From an uncultured Muribaculaceae bacterium (GTDB lineage: Bacteria > Bacillota_I > Bacilli_A > RF39 > UBA660): DNA of 61,250 bases. The position numbers were made by a program, and so were the translations under genes. The notes beneath the pieces are model-generated. The model was not told the origin of the DNA and did no database searches. It saw only the letters and a list, made by a program, of their open reading frames with translations. Of the stretch, positions 34,765 to 43,900 are shown one piece after another. The stretch is taken from positions 1-61,250 of the forward strand of contig CAYZRY010000003.1 of NCBI GenBank assembly GCA_964481005.1. The letters run 5' to 3'. Position 1 is the stretch's first letter. Every line of letters begins with the position of its first letter.

Positions 34765-35421
34765 TTATTTGTTAATCATTTTAACTTTTTGTATCTCTTC
34801 ATAATAGCTCATTAATTCGTGTGAAAAGGCGACCATCGATCTAGCGGCAGCGGTTCTTAGAAAATCTGTGTCCAAATCATTGTGCCTAACTCGATCAAGG
34901 GCATCGGCATCTTTAAATATTTTGATTAAATTTAAAGCTCTTTCTTGATTTTCGATTTTGTAACCTTGAAGTACTTGGCTTGCTTTTGAATCATCCATAC
35001 TATGAGCCATAATGATAGCAAGTAAAGTCTTACGGTTTTCTTCTCCAAGCGCTGAATATTGTTCTCTTAACATATAAGCCGCTTTTGGTCCATGGGTTTC
35101 ATCTTCCAAATCATTTGTCCTTCCGATGTCATGATACTTTGCTGCTTCGACTAATAGATACCTATCTTCTTCTTTTAGATTCATCATTGCACTTAGTCCC
35201 AAAACATAGACAAAAACTCTTTCATTATGTTCAAGACCGTGGTCTCTACTATTAAAAAGTACATTTTTGTTTATTCTTCTAAATTGAGCAACCGAAGCTT
35301 CATATCCTTTTTGTGATCTTATCATATCAGTTAAGCTTTCAAATGATACTTGATTATTAAAAATAAATTCATTTGAAAAGTTTTGACCAATTGCTTGTCC
35401 ATTTAATATTTCTTCATACAT
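34765..35421 (-). CDS. HD-domain phosphohydrolase downstream of tyrS
   Basis: HGLEHNERV, AAKYHDIGR, IMAHS, FKDADALDRVR. Confidence 0.88.
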   Translation of the reverse strand: MYEEILNGQAIGQNFSNEFIFNNQVSFESLTDMIRSQKGYEASVAQFRRINKNVLFNSRDHGLEHNERVFVYVLGLSAMMNLKEEDRYLLVEAAKYHDIGRTNDLEDETHGPKAAYMLREQYSALGEENRKTLLAIIMAHSMDDSKASQVLQGYKIENQERALNLIKIFKDADALDRVRHNDLDTDFLRTAAARSMVAFSHELMSYYEEIQKVKMINK

Positions 35422-35433
35422 TGTTATTTCTCC

Positions 35434-36633
35434 CTAGTTTTTGTATTTTATTTTTAGAAAGGTTTTCTTTCCTTTTTGAACAAGAATCCCTTCTTTAAGT
35501 AGATCGGCAGTAATCAATTTACTTGGATCTGTCTCTTTTTCATTATTTATCGATATGGCACCTTGCTCAATCATTCTCCTAGCTTCACTTTTCGATAGGA
35601 AAAGATCGGCAGCAAATAACATATCGACGATGTTAAAGTCACCACTACCCTCTATTTCAAATTGTGGTGTATTCTCATTTTGTCCGCGGCTATTAAATAT
35701 TTCAAAAGCCTTCTTTTCAGCAGCAATATATTCGTCACTTCCATGGAGGTCAGTAATAATTTCTCTAGCTAAATTCTTTTGGGCTATTCTTTTTTCTGGT
35801 GCTTCAAAGTGTTCTTTTTCTACTTTTTCAATCTCTTGACGTGGCATAAAAGTAAGTTTTTTTAACAAGTCAACTGCTGTTATATCATCAAGATTGAAAA
35901 AATACTGGTACATATCGTAAACAGGCGTCTTATCTTTATCTAGCCACAGTGCATTACCATCTGTTTTACCTATTTTCATACCACGACTGTCAGTGATAAG
36001 CGGCATAACCATTCCGTAAGCAATACCTTCTTCTTTCTTTCTGATAAGTTCTACTCCAGCTGTAATATTTCCCCACTGGTCAGATCCTGCAACTTGAAGG
36101 GTACAGTTATGACTGTTATAAAGATGCAGAAAGTCAATCGACTGAAGAAGCATATATGAAAACTCAGTGTAAGTTATTCCGCTTTCAAGCCTTCGACTTA
36201 TTATATCTTTAGATAACATATAATTAATTGGAAAGTATTTACCATAATCTCTAAGGTAATCTATCATATTGATATCCTTTAACCAATCGTAGTTGTTAAC
36301 AACGGTAAAACCAAAAATCTCTTCGGCTTGTTTAGTTAGACCTTTAATATTTTTAGCAACTGCCTCATAAGAAATCATCTGTCTTTCACTAGATGGTTTA
36401 GGGTCCCCAATTAAACCAGTTCCTCCGCCCATAAGTAAAATAGGATTATTTCCAGCTTTAGCTAATCTCTTGCATATTAGAAAAGATGAGTAATGACCAA
36501 TATGCATCGAATCGTCAGTTGGATCAACCCCTATGTAAAAGGTTAGTTCTCCAGCATTCAATTTTTCTTTGAGTTCCTCACTAGTTATATCTTTGACTAG
36601 CCCTCTCCACTCTAAATCTTCAAATAAAGTCAT
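35434..36633 (-). CDS. tyrS: Tyrosine--tRNA ligase
   Basis: FYIGVDPTDDSMHIGH, FSYMLLQSIDF, GSDQWGNI, KIGKT, C-terminal S4 domain (SKSEARRMIEQGAI). Confidence 0.98.
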   Translation of the reverse strand: MTLFEDLEWRGLVKDITSEELKEKLNAGELTFYIGVDPTDDSMHIGHYSSFLICKRLAKAGNNPILLMGGGTGLIGDPKPSSERQMISYEAVAKNIKGLTKQAEEIFGFTVVNNYDWLKDINMIDYLRDYGKYFPINYMLSKDIISRRLESGITYTEFSYMLLQSIDFLHLYNSHNCTLQVAGSDQWGNITAGVELIRKKEEGIAYGMVMPLITDSRGMKIGKTDGNALWLDKDKTPVYDMYQYFFNLDDITAVDLLKKLTFMPRQEIEKVEKEHFEAPEKRIAQKNLAREIITDLHGSDEYIAAEKKAFEIFNSRGQNENTPQFEIEGSGDFNIVDMLFAADLFLSKSEARRMIEQGAISINNEKETDPSKLITADLLKEGILVQKGKKTFLKIKYKN

Positions 36634-36644
36634 ATTTCCTCCTT

Positions 36645-36832
36645 AAAAAAACCACAATAAATATCCCTCTAAGGACGAATTTATCGTGGTACCACCTTAA
36701 TTGCTTCTCATAGACTATAACGCGTCACCTATAAACTCCATACTTGTATTAATATACTTCGATGTATCAGTTTTCATCAAGCACTGATTTTCTACAAACA
36801 TCTAGGTATTTCGAGTACTTCCCCGTTCATAA
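36645..36832 (-). promoter_or_regulatory. T-box riboswitch upstream of tyrS
   Basis: AAGGTGGTACCACG T-box at 36685-36698; antiterminator and terminator can both be drawn; apical-loop hairpin ATCAG/CTGAT; plausible UAC specifier at 36746-36748 (manual fold). Confidence 0.9.
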
Positions 36833-36839
36833 CAATAAG

Positions 36840-36868
36840 AATATATCATCAAAAGCTTTTTTTGTCAA
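36840..36868 (-). promoter_or_regulatory. Sigma-A type promoter of the tyrS leader
   Basis: TTGACA, 17-nt spacer ending in TGA, TATATT. Confidence 0.75.
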
Positions 36869-36880
36869 AGAAAATCTTTT

Positions 36881-37606
36881 TTATTTAAAAAAAGATAATA
36901 CTTTCTTATAAACTTTAGTTTTGTCGCGATATTCTACTTCATTATCTATTTCGTTATGTAAACATTCTGGAATGTCTTGTTTTTGAAACGATAATGTATT
37001 AGTTAGTTTAATAGCATCTCTAAGTTTAATTCTGTCATATTGTGAATTTATCACAATATTCTTAGGACTTGCATGTTTAGCTTGCAAAACAAGTTTAGCA
37101 TCATCGACGCTAAGATAATAAGAGCTATCGTTATATATAAGGCTAAACATCCTATCATCAGAATCAATTCTTTCATACATCGTTTTAAAATCTCTAACAG
37201 TATCAGCATAATCAAATATTTCATCGACATCAGTTTTAACGTATTTATATACTTCGTTATAAAAATCACTGTCGTAATTTACTAAATTAATGCGACCCGT
37301 TTCTTCTTCTCTATGAAATATTGCTTTATATCTAGGTCTTCCATCGAAGAGTAAATATAGATCATCTGTTAAATAATCAAAATTGCTAGCTATAACATAA
37401 CCAAAACTTGTTTTTTCATCATTAATAAACATATTGATCGGTTCAATAAAAGCAGCTTCTCTGTCGTTAAGATTAAGGGTCTTTCTTCTAATAGCATTTG
37501 ATAATTCAACTAAAGAAACTTCCCCTTCTACAGGTTTTTTCATATTGTTTATAAGTTTTTTCAATCTACGTTCATCAACTTTTAAGTTTATTATTGTGCT
37601 ATCCAT
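36881..37606 (-). CDS. Hypothetical protein
   Basis: 241-aa ORF with a GAGGTG RBS; no family recognised. Confidence 0.75.
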   Translation of the reverse strand: MDSTIINLKVDERRLKKLINNMKKPVEGEVSLVELSNAIRRKTLNLNDREAAFIEPINMFINDEKTSFGYVIASNFDYLTDDLYLLFDGRPRYKAIFHREEETGRINLVNYDSDFYNEVYKYVKTDVDEIFDYADTVRDFKTMYERIDSDDRMFSLIYNDSSYYLSVDDAKLVLQAKHASPKNIVINSQYDRIKLRDAIKLTNTLSFQKQDIPECLHNEIDNEVEYRDKTKVYKKVLSFFK

Positions 37607-37739
37607 AGTTCACCTCTAAAATAATATGATATACTGTAATTCTTTTTTTTTGCAAATAGTATGTAAATATTTGTCAAAATTATTCTTTTCTTATTGTTTT
37701 ATGATATGATTATATTATAAGAATCTAAAAGGATGTTTT

Positions 37740-38627
37740 ATGAGAATTATTCATCTTCTAAATTGGAATTTAAATGATATCAGAAAAAGCTTAGATGATA
37801 TTGCTAGGCAAAACTTCGATGCTATTCAAGTAACTCCAGTTCAAGCTATGAAAGAGGACTCTATCGAACACTGGTGGATGCCTTTTCAACCTATTTCTTT
37901 TGATATTGGAAATGTATATGGTAGTAAGAATGATTTAGAAAGATTGTGTCGAGAGGCTAAAATTAAAAACATAGATATTTATGTCGATGTTATTTGTAAC
38001 CACATGGCAGGAAGAAATGACGGAAGTTTATATCCTCATGAAAATGTTGATCCCTATCTTAAAAACAATCCTCATTTTTGGAAGGAAGCTCGACCAATTG
38101 AAAACTGGGATGATCGTTATCAAGTAATCAATTACTGCATGGGACTTCCTGGTTTAAATGTCTCTAACCCGGAGCTTCAACATAGAATATCGCTATTTTT
38201 AAATGAACTTATCGACTGTGGAGTCGAAGGTTTTAGGTTCGATGCAGCAAAAAGTATTGGCTTGCCATCCGAAGGAGTAGATTTTTGGCCAAAGACCATC
38301 TATTCATTAAAGAAATATGGCATCTTTTTATACGGAGAAGTTATCTTTGCAGGTTGTGACATAACAAGGCAGTATAGTAATTACATTAAGATACTTACTA
38401 ATGAATGCAACTTGCCCTCAAAAGATATAGTTAAGTTTTCTGAAAGCCACGATAGCTTTTACGAGTTTGGCTATACAAAACACATGAATACTCATGAACT
38501 GCTTAAAGCTTACACCCATTTAACTAATAATTATGAACACACTTTATATTTTCCCAGACCATACGATGACAGCTGGAAATGGAACGAAGTGAAAAATGCT
38601 AACAAAGTAAAAAAATTAAAACGATAA
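37740..38627 (+). CDS. Compact GH13 alpha-amylase-family glycoside hydrolase, no signal peptide
   Basis: IQVTPVQ, WWMPFQP, YVDVICNH, GFRFDAAK (nucleophile Asp), GEVI (acid/base Glu), ESHD. Confidence 0.92.
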   Translation: MRIIHLLNWNLNDIRKSLDDIARQNFDAIQVTPVQAMKEDSIEHWWMPFQPISFDIGNVYGSKNDLERLCREAKIKNIDIYVDVICNHMAGRNDGSLYPHENVDPYLKNNPHFWKEARPIENWDDRYQVINYCMGLPGLNVSNPELQHRISLFLNELIDCGVEGFRFDAAKSIGLPSEGVDFWPKTIYSLKKYGIFLYGEVIFAGCDITRQYSNYIKILTNECNLPSKDIVKFSESHDSFYEFGYTKHMNTHELLKAYTHLTNNYEHTLYFPRPYDDSWKWNEVKNANKVKKLKR

Positions 38628-38631
38628 TTGC

Positions 38632-40092
38632 TTATCGTTTTTCTATTGTCGCTATTTTCTTTCCACTAAGTGTGTAATATATATCATTTTTACCTTCTTG
38701 ATAGAAAATATAATCGTCTTTGATTATTACTTCTTGGTTTTTAATTATCACTCCTTTGTCAGGATTTATTACATCTACTTTTTTATCTTTGTCAGTACTG
38801 AAGGTAAATATACTTATACCACCTATTCTAATCGTATTTAAATTGCTTCCATCGTGCTTGTATACTTCTTTACCTTTAGAGTTTAATATGTGAACAGTTT
38901 TATCTTTATTAGCTGTATAATAGACATTATCTATTTCTTCGATCTGGTTAATAAAGTTATACTCTGAGCTTACTTTTTTACCCCTGGTATCGATGAGGTA
39001 TTCTTTTAAATAGGCATCGGCAACAATTGCTTTACCTGTTAAATCAAAGCCCTTATTAATGACAAATTTATTGTCGATAATTTTCTTGGCCTTTAGGTCA
39101 TAAAAAGCAAACTTTTGATTGGGAGCAGTGCCGATAACTAATGAATATACCTTGCTAAATTCATTTGCTTTAACAAGTTTGCTGTTCATTATTCTATCCA
39201 TGAGTTTAGACTCATAATATATGGCTGTACTATTCTCAACTTCTTCGGCATAGTTAAGTCCTTTACTAGTTACCTCTACTGCTGTTTTACCCGCTTTAAT
39301 ACTCAAACAATATAATCTATCATCAACTACTTTTATATGGCAATCTTCGCCTTTAAAAGCATATAATCTCTTTGATTTATAATATATATAATTAGTTTGC
39401 ACTTGTTCGCGGCATCCTGAATAAATCATCAAGTCACCGACTTTTTGAGCATAGCACAAAGCTTTTTCGAAAGATAATTTATCGACTAACTTGTTAGCTT
39501 TGGTATCGATAATATAGTTATCTTTATCTAAGCTCACTATCAAATAATCACCTTGAGCAGCCAAAATTGATTCTTTAGCATGCTTGGCGTTAATTGAATA
39601 TATTAGAGTTCCTGAAGAATCATAAACTCTTTGTTTATCTCCCTCGTCCATCATAATATAATTTTTAGAATAAGCAGCTATTTTATACTTATCGACATCA
39701 ATTTCTTTAAGTAGCTGTCCCTCAAAATTTTTAACTATTTTTTTGGATCCACTCTTTTTATAAATGATTGGTCCAACCAAAGTATATTCTTTGAAATCCT
39801 TGTCATCGAGCACCACTTTTCCACTTTTCGAAAGAAGAACTCTTCCGTTATCATTACTTATATAAATAGCTGAAGTAGCAACAAAAGCGTCATTTTTATA
39901 TTCAAAATCTGTCAGTTGTTTTCCTTTGTCATTAAAAACAGCAAACTTTTTATTTTTCCCTTCTAAAATATATACTTTCGTATTAGTATAATCCGTGACA
40001 TGATCATTTGCGAATTGGTAACCTAAGTATATACCTAGACCAATTAACAATATAGCAATGACTATAAGTACTAATGGTATTTTCTTTTTCAT
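38632..40092 (-). CDS. Membrane-anchored extracellular beta-repeat protein (WG-repeat/propeller-like)
   Basis: N-terminal TM; recurrent (F/Y)xxx(N/D)xxGK units (FNDKGK, LSKSGK, IDTRGK, LNSKGK, YTLSGK). Confidence 0.7.
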   Translation of the reverse strand: MKKKIPLVLIVIAILLIGLGIYLGYQFANDHVTDYTNTKVYILEGKNKKFAVFNDKGKQLTDFEYKNDAFVATSAIYISNDNGRVLLSKSGKVVLDDKDFKEYTLVGPIIYKKSGSKKIVKNFEGQLLKEIDVDKYKIAAYSKNYIMMDEGDKQRVYDSSGTLIYSINAKHAKESILAAQGDYLIVSLDKDNYIIDTKANKLVDKLSFEKALCYAQKVGDLMIYSGCREQVQTNYIYYKSKRLYAFKGEDCHIKVVDDRLYCLSIKAGKTAVEVTSKGLNYAEEVENSTAIYYESKLMDRIMNSKLVKANEFSKVYSLVIGTAPNQKFAFYDLKAKKIIDNKFVINKGFDLTGKAIVADAYLKEYLIDTRGKKVSSEYNFINQIEEIDNVYYTANKDKTVHILNSKGKEVYKHDGSNLNTIRIGGISIFTFSTDKDKKVDVINPDKGVIIKNQEVIIKDDYIFYQEGKNDIYYTLSGKKIATIEKR

Positions 40093-40802
40093 TATTCTAC
40101 CTCTCTTAATTTTTTATTGTTTTTTGATTCTATGTACATCAAAGTAAATCCAGTCATAAAAATCAATATTACAAATGCAATAAATATGATTGGATTAAAT
40201 TGAGCAAATAGTATCCAGTCATAAATCGTATGTATTAACGTTGGTACTAGTAGTGACATGATTATGTAAAAATACATTTTGATATTTTGATTATTATGAT
40301 GTGCTTTTTTAGCTTGTGATATTAAATATCCCATAAAAATTCCACATATAGCATGAGCAGGTATAGCTGTTAATGCTCTCATCGTTGCGGTCTGAAACAT
40401 TGTTGCTGAATCGGCAAAGACATAGATGATATTTTCTAGAGCTGCAAAGCCAAGTGAGACAAAAACGGAATAGACAATTGCATCGAATGTTTGATCAAAC
40501 TCTTTATGTCGCCATGCTACTAGATAGACAAAGATAGCTTTGGAAAACTCTTCGACTAAGGCAATAGTGACAAAGACATAGACAAACAAATCACTTCTAT
40601 TTAATAGTGATTCATCAGCATTAAACAAAGTTGATATCCCTCTAAAACTAAAAGATAAAAACAATGTTAAAAAGGCTGATAAAACTCCAAAAAGAAGAAG
40701 CTTTCTAAGCATAGCTGACGATTCACCATCACTATCACGCTTGTATATAATCGAAGCTATGACAACAACCGGAAGTAGTGATATAACTATTCCAACATTC
40801 AC
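40092..40802 (-). CDS. prsW: PrsW-family intramembrane metalloprotease
   Basis: ALVEEFSK, LGFAALEN, PAH, IHTIYD; multiple TM segments. Confidence 0.92.
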   Translation of the reverse strand: MNVGIVISLLPVVVIASIIYKRDSDGESSAMLRKLLLFGVLSAFLTLFLSFSFRGISTLFNADESLLNRSDLFVYVFVTIALVEEFSKAIFVYLVAWRHKEFDQTFDAIVYSVFVSLGFAALENIIYVFADSATMFQTATMRALTAIPAHAICGIFMGYLISQAKKAHHNNQNIKMYFYIIMSLLVPTLIHTIYDWILFAQFNPIIFIAFVILIFMTGFTLMYIESKNNKKLREVE

Positions 40803-40806
40803 TTAA

Positions 40807-41118
40807 TCATCTCATTTCATCAATGTATTTTTTGAGTTGCCTAGACTCCGCTCCTAGAATTATCTTAAGCTGATTATCTATTTCAACGATTCCCTTAGCT
40901 CCAAGTTTTTGTATTCCCTCCTTGTTAGCTAAAGAAACGTCTTTCAAAGTTACAATAAACCTCGACATGTTAATTTCAGTATTGATGATATTTTCTTTAC
41001 CACCCAGTAAATCAACTAATTTATTAAGTTGTAATCTAGTATCTTTTTTACCTAGTTTTAATACTGCTAGTAAAATTATTAGAATGATTACAAGAACTAC
41101 TAAATATTCCCATTTCAT
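40807..41118 (-). CDS. Small TM + PTS EIIB-like protein, phospho-acceptor Cys replaced by Asn
   Basis: LLGGKENIINTEINMSRF aligns to LGGxxNIxxxxxCxTRL; LGAKGIV...IILG. Confidence 0.8.
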   Translation of the reverse strand: MKWEYLVVLVIILIILLAVLKLGKKDTRLQLNKLVDLLGGKENIINTEINMSRFIVTLKDVSLANKEGIQKLGAKGIVEIDNQLKIILGAESRQLKKYIDEMR

Positions 41119-41121
41119 ATA

Positions 41122-42138
41122 TTATTTTCTCTCTTTCATTACATCTTCGTAAACTTTTCTAAGTTGTTTACCAATATTTTTAAGATCTCTTTCTTTAGCT
41201 ACTTCAAAAGCTGCTTTTGCTACTGATGGAAGTTTACCACTTAAGAATAGTTTAATCTTCTTTTCAAAATCATCGACATCTTTAGCTTTATAGACATTTT
41301 TGCCATCAAAAAGCCAATCTTCAAAAATTGGGATATCTCTAATGATGGCATCTGCTCCCGATGCACAAGCTTCTACTATTGGGATTCCTTCAGTCTCTTC
41401 TAGAGTTGGGAAGAGATATAAATCACAACCATTCATAGCTCCTTTGATATCTTCCCTAGGAACATAACCAGCAAAAAGTAAATTTGGCAATTTAGTTTTA
41501 ACTGCTTTTTTAACTGGTTTTGTTGCCGCTGATAATGGACTGTATCCAAACCAAATAAATTTATATTCTGGCATTCTTTTAGCAAGTTCAACAAAGTCGA
41601 CAATACCTTTTCTCTCTATATATAGTCCAATACCGACAATAACTTTTTCATTATCTTTGATACCGTATCTCTTGCGCCAAGCTTTACCGGATTTTTCTTT
41701 ATCCTTGGTAAAGTAATCTATTTCAATACCATTAGATATGGCATATATTTTCTTATTCTCTAACCCTTTGTAAGAACTAAGTAGTCGCTTGGAATATGGG
41801 GTCGGAGTAACAATGACATCCCCCTTAGAATAAGAACTAATTAATAATTTTTTAAACAATTTCGATGTCTGTTTAGCAAAAATGAAACCATCTTTGTAAT
41901 CTTCTTCGGTCGAATGAGCGTGATAGACAATCTTCTTGCCCATTTTTTTTGCTTTTTTAACTGTAAAATGTGACTTCAAAAAATAGGTATTGATGTGCAA
42001 TATATCATAGTCATCATCAGGATCTAGAGTATATTCTATCCCCTCATATTCAAGGGCTTTTTGCTGATGTTTAATAGCTTTTCCAAGGCCACTATTTCCG
42101 ATTGATTTTAAGCCTTCAGTATACAGTAGTACTTTCAT
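41122..42138 (-). CDS. Glycosyltransferase family 4 (glycolipid synthase-like)
   Basis: ISNGIE, RKGIVDF, FPTLEETEGIPIVEA (EX7E motif). Confidence 0.9.
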   Translation of the reverse strand: MKVLLYTEGLKSIGNSGLGKAIKHQQKALEYEGIEYTLDPDDDYDILHINTYFLKSHFTVKKAKKMGKKIVYHAHSTEEDYKDGFIFAKQTSKLFKKLLISSYSKGDVIVTPTPYSKRLLSSYKGLENKKIYAISNGIEIDYFTKDKEKSGKAWRKRYGIKDNEKVIVGIGLYIERKGIVDFVELAKRMPEYKFIWFGYSPLSAATKPVKKAVKTKLPNLLFAGYVPREDIKGAMNGCDLYLFPTLEETEGIPIVEACASGADAIIRDIPIFEDWLFDGKNVYKAKDVDDFEKKIKLFLSGKLPSVAKAAFEVAKERDLKNIGKQLRKVYEDVMKERK

Positions 42139-42174
42139 TTAATCACCCAATTATATTATAGCATAGAAAAGGGC

Positions 42175-42203
42175 AAAAAAAAGAAATTGTAAGTCAATTT
42201 CTT
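42175..42203 (-). terminator. Intrinsic terminator after the GGGtGRT gene
   Basis: AAGAAATTG-TAAGT-CAATTTCTT with a minus-strand U run. Confidence 0.75.
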
Positions 42204-42204
42204 C

Positions 42205-43206
42205 TTATTTATTTAGGTTTTGTTCGACAGCTACTGCGACTGAAACAGTTGCTCCAACCATCGGGTTATTCCCCATTCCGATGAAGCCCATCATTTCGAC
42301 GTGTGCTGGAACTGACGATGATCCGGCAAATTGAGCATCGCTGTGCATTCTTCCCATCGTATCAGTAAATCCGTAGCTGGCAGGTCCTGCTCCCATGTTA
42401 TCTGGATGAAGCGTTCTTCCTGTTCCTCCACCAGAGGCAACTGAAAAATACTTTTTGCCCTTATCGTTACATTCTTTTTTATAAGTAGCAGCAACTGGAT
42501 GAGGGAATCTTGTAATGTTAGTTGAGTTACCAGTAATTGATACATCGACATCTTCTAGATGCATGATGGCAACTCCTTCTCTGACATCGTCAGCTCCATA
42601 ACATTTAACTTCTTTTTTCTCACCAGTAGAAAATGGTTTTTCTTTAATAATATTTAGTTTTCCACTATCGTACTCAAACTGTGTTTCAACATAAGTAAAA
42701 CCATTGATACGAGCAATTATTAGAGCTGCATCTTTACCAAGACCATTTAGAATAACGCGAAGTGGTTTCTTTCTAATTTTGTTAGCTGTTTTAGCAATAC
42801 CGATAGCTCCTTCGGCCGCAGCAAATGATTCGTGTCCTGCTAAAAAGCAAAAGCACTCTGTCTGTTCATCTAGTAACATTGCTGCTAGATTTCCATGACC
42901 AATTCCGACTTTTCTCTCTTCAGCTACCGACCCAGGCATGCAAAATGCTTGTAGTCCTTCACCTATTTTTTTAGCCGCTTCAACTGCCGTTGTTGCTCCA
43001 GCTTTAATAGCGATAGCTGCTCCAAGTGTATATGCCCAAGTTGCATCGTCAAAAGCAATAGTTTGAACTTCTTTGACTATCTCCCTAGGATTGAAGCCAT
43101 TTGCTTTACAAAGCTCTAATGCTTCTTCGAGATCGTTGATGCCATAATTTTTCATCACTGCTTCAATATTGTTAATACGTTGATCGTAATTTTCAAAATT
43201 TGCCAT
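42205..43206 (-). CDS. GGGtGRT-family protein
   Basis: Literal SGGGTGRTLHPDNM motif; FLAGHESFAAAEGAI. Start moved to MANFENY (GGAGG RBS). Confidence 0.93.
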   Translation of the reverse strand: MANFENYDQRINNIEAVMKNYGINDLEEALELCKANGFNPREIVKEVQTIAFDDATWAYTLGAAIAIKAGATTAVEAAKKIGEGLQAFCMPGSVAEERKVGIGHGNLAAMLLDEQTECFCFLAGHESFAAAEGAIGIAKTANKIRKKPLRVILNGLGKDAALIIARINGFTYVETQFEYDSGKLNIIKEKPFSTGEKKEVKCYGADDVREGVAIMHLEDVDVSITGNSTNITRFPHPVAATYKKECNDKGKKYFSVASGGGTGRTLHPDNMGAGPASYGFTDTMGRMHSDAQFAGSSSVPAHVEMMGFIGMGNNPMVGATVSVAVAVEQNLNK

Positions 43207-43207
43207 C

Positions 43208-43900
43208 TTATTCCTCCCTCGGATCAATTGTCTTAGCCGCTTCGTTGTAGCGTCCATAAACACCACTTGCAGCTTCTATTGCTTCGTGTGGATCCATTTG
43301 CTTTTTAATATTATCCATCATCTTTCCGATGTTGACATATTTATAACCAATTACTTCATCATTTTCGTCGAGTCCTAAAGATACAATATATCCTTCGGTT
43401 GTATTTAGATATCTAACTCCCTTAGCTTTGGTTGAATAAACAGTAGCTACTTGACTTATTTTTCCCTTACCAAGATCTTCCATACCGGCTCCAATTGGAA
43501 GCCCATCTTTTGAGAAAGCTGACTGACTACGTCCATAGACAATCTGTAAGAACAGTTCTCTCATCGCTACATTTATCGCATCACAAACTAGATCAGTATT
43601 TAATGCTTCTAGCAGTGTCTTACCAGGTAATATTTCACCAGCCATCGCTGCTGAATGGGTCATTCCTGAGCATCCGATTACCTCGACAAGCGCTTCTTCG
43701 ATAATACCTCCCTTAATGTTTAAGGTAAGCTTACAAGCACCCTGCTGTGGAGCACACCATCCTACTCCATGAGTAAGTCCATAAATATCACTTATTTCTT
43801 TACTCTTAGTCCAATTACCTTCCTGAGGTATTGGCGCTGGTCCATGACTATCTCCCTGTTTGACAAAGCACATTTCTTCTACTTCTTTTGTGTAATTCAT
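43208..43900 (-). CDS. NifU/IscU-like Cys-containing partner of the GGGtGRT protein
   Basis: HGVGWCAPQQGACKLTL, GCSGMTHSA, LVCDAIN; directly upstream of the GGGtGRT gene. Confidence 0.82.
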   Translation of the reverse strand: MNYTKEVEEMCFVKQGDSHGPAPIPQEGNWTKSKEISDIYGLTHGVGWCAPQQGACKLTLNIKGGIIEEALVEVIGCSGMTHSAAMAGEILPGKTLLEALNTDLVCDAINVAMRELFLQIVYGRSQSAFSKDGLPIGAGMEDLGKGKISQVATVYSTKAKGVRYLNTTEGYIVSLGLDENDEVIGYKYVNIGKMMDNIKKQMDPHEAIEAASGVYGRYNEAAKTIDPREE

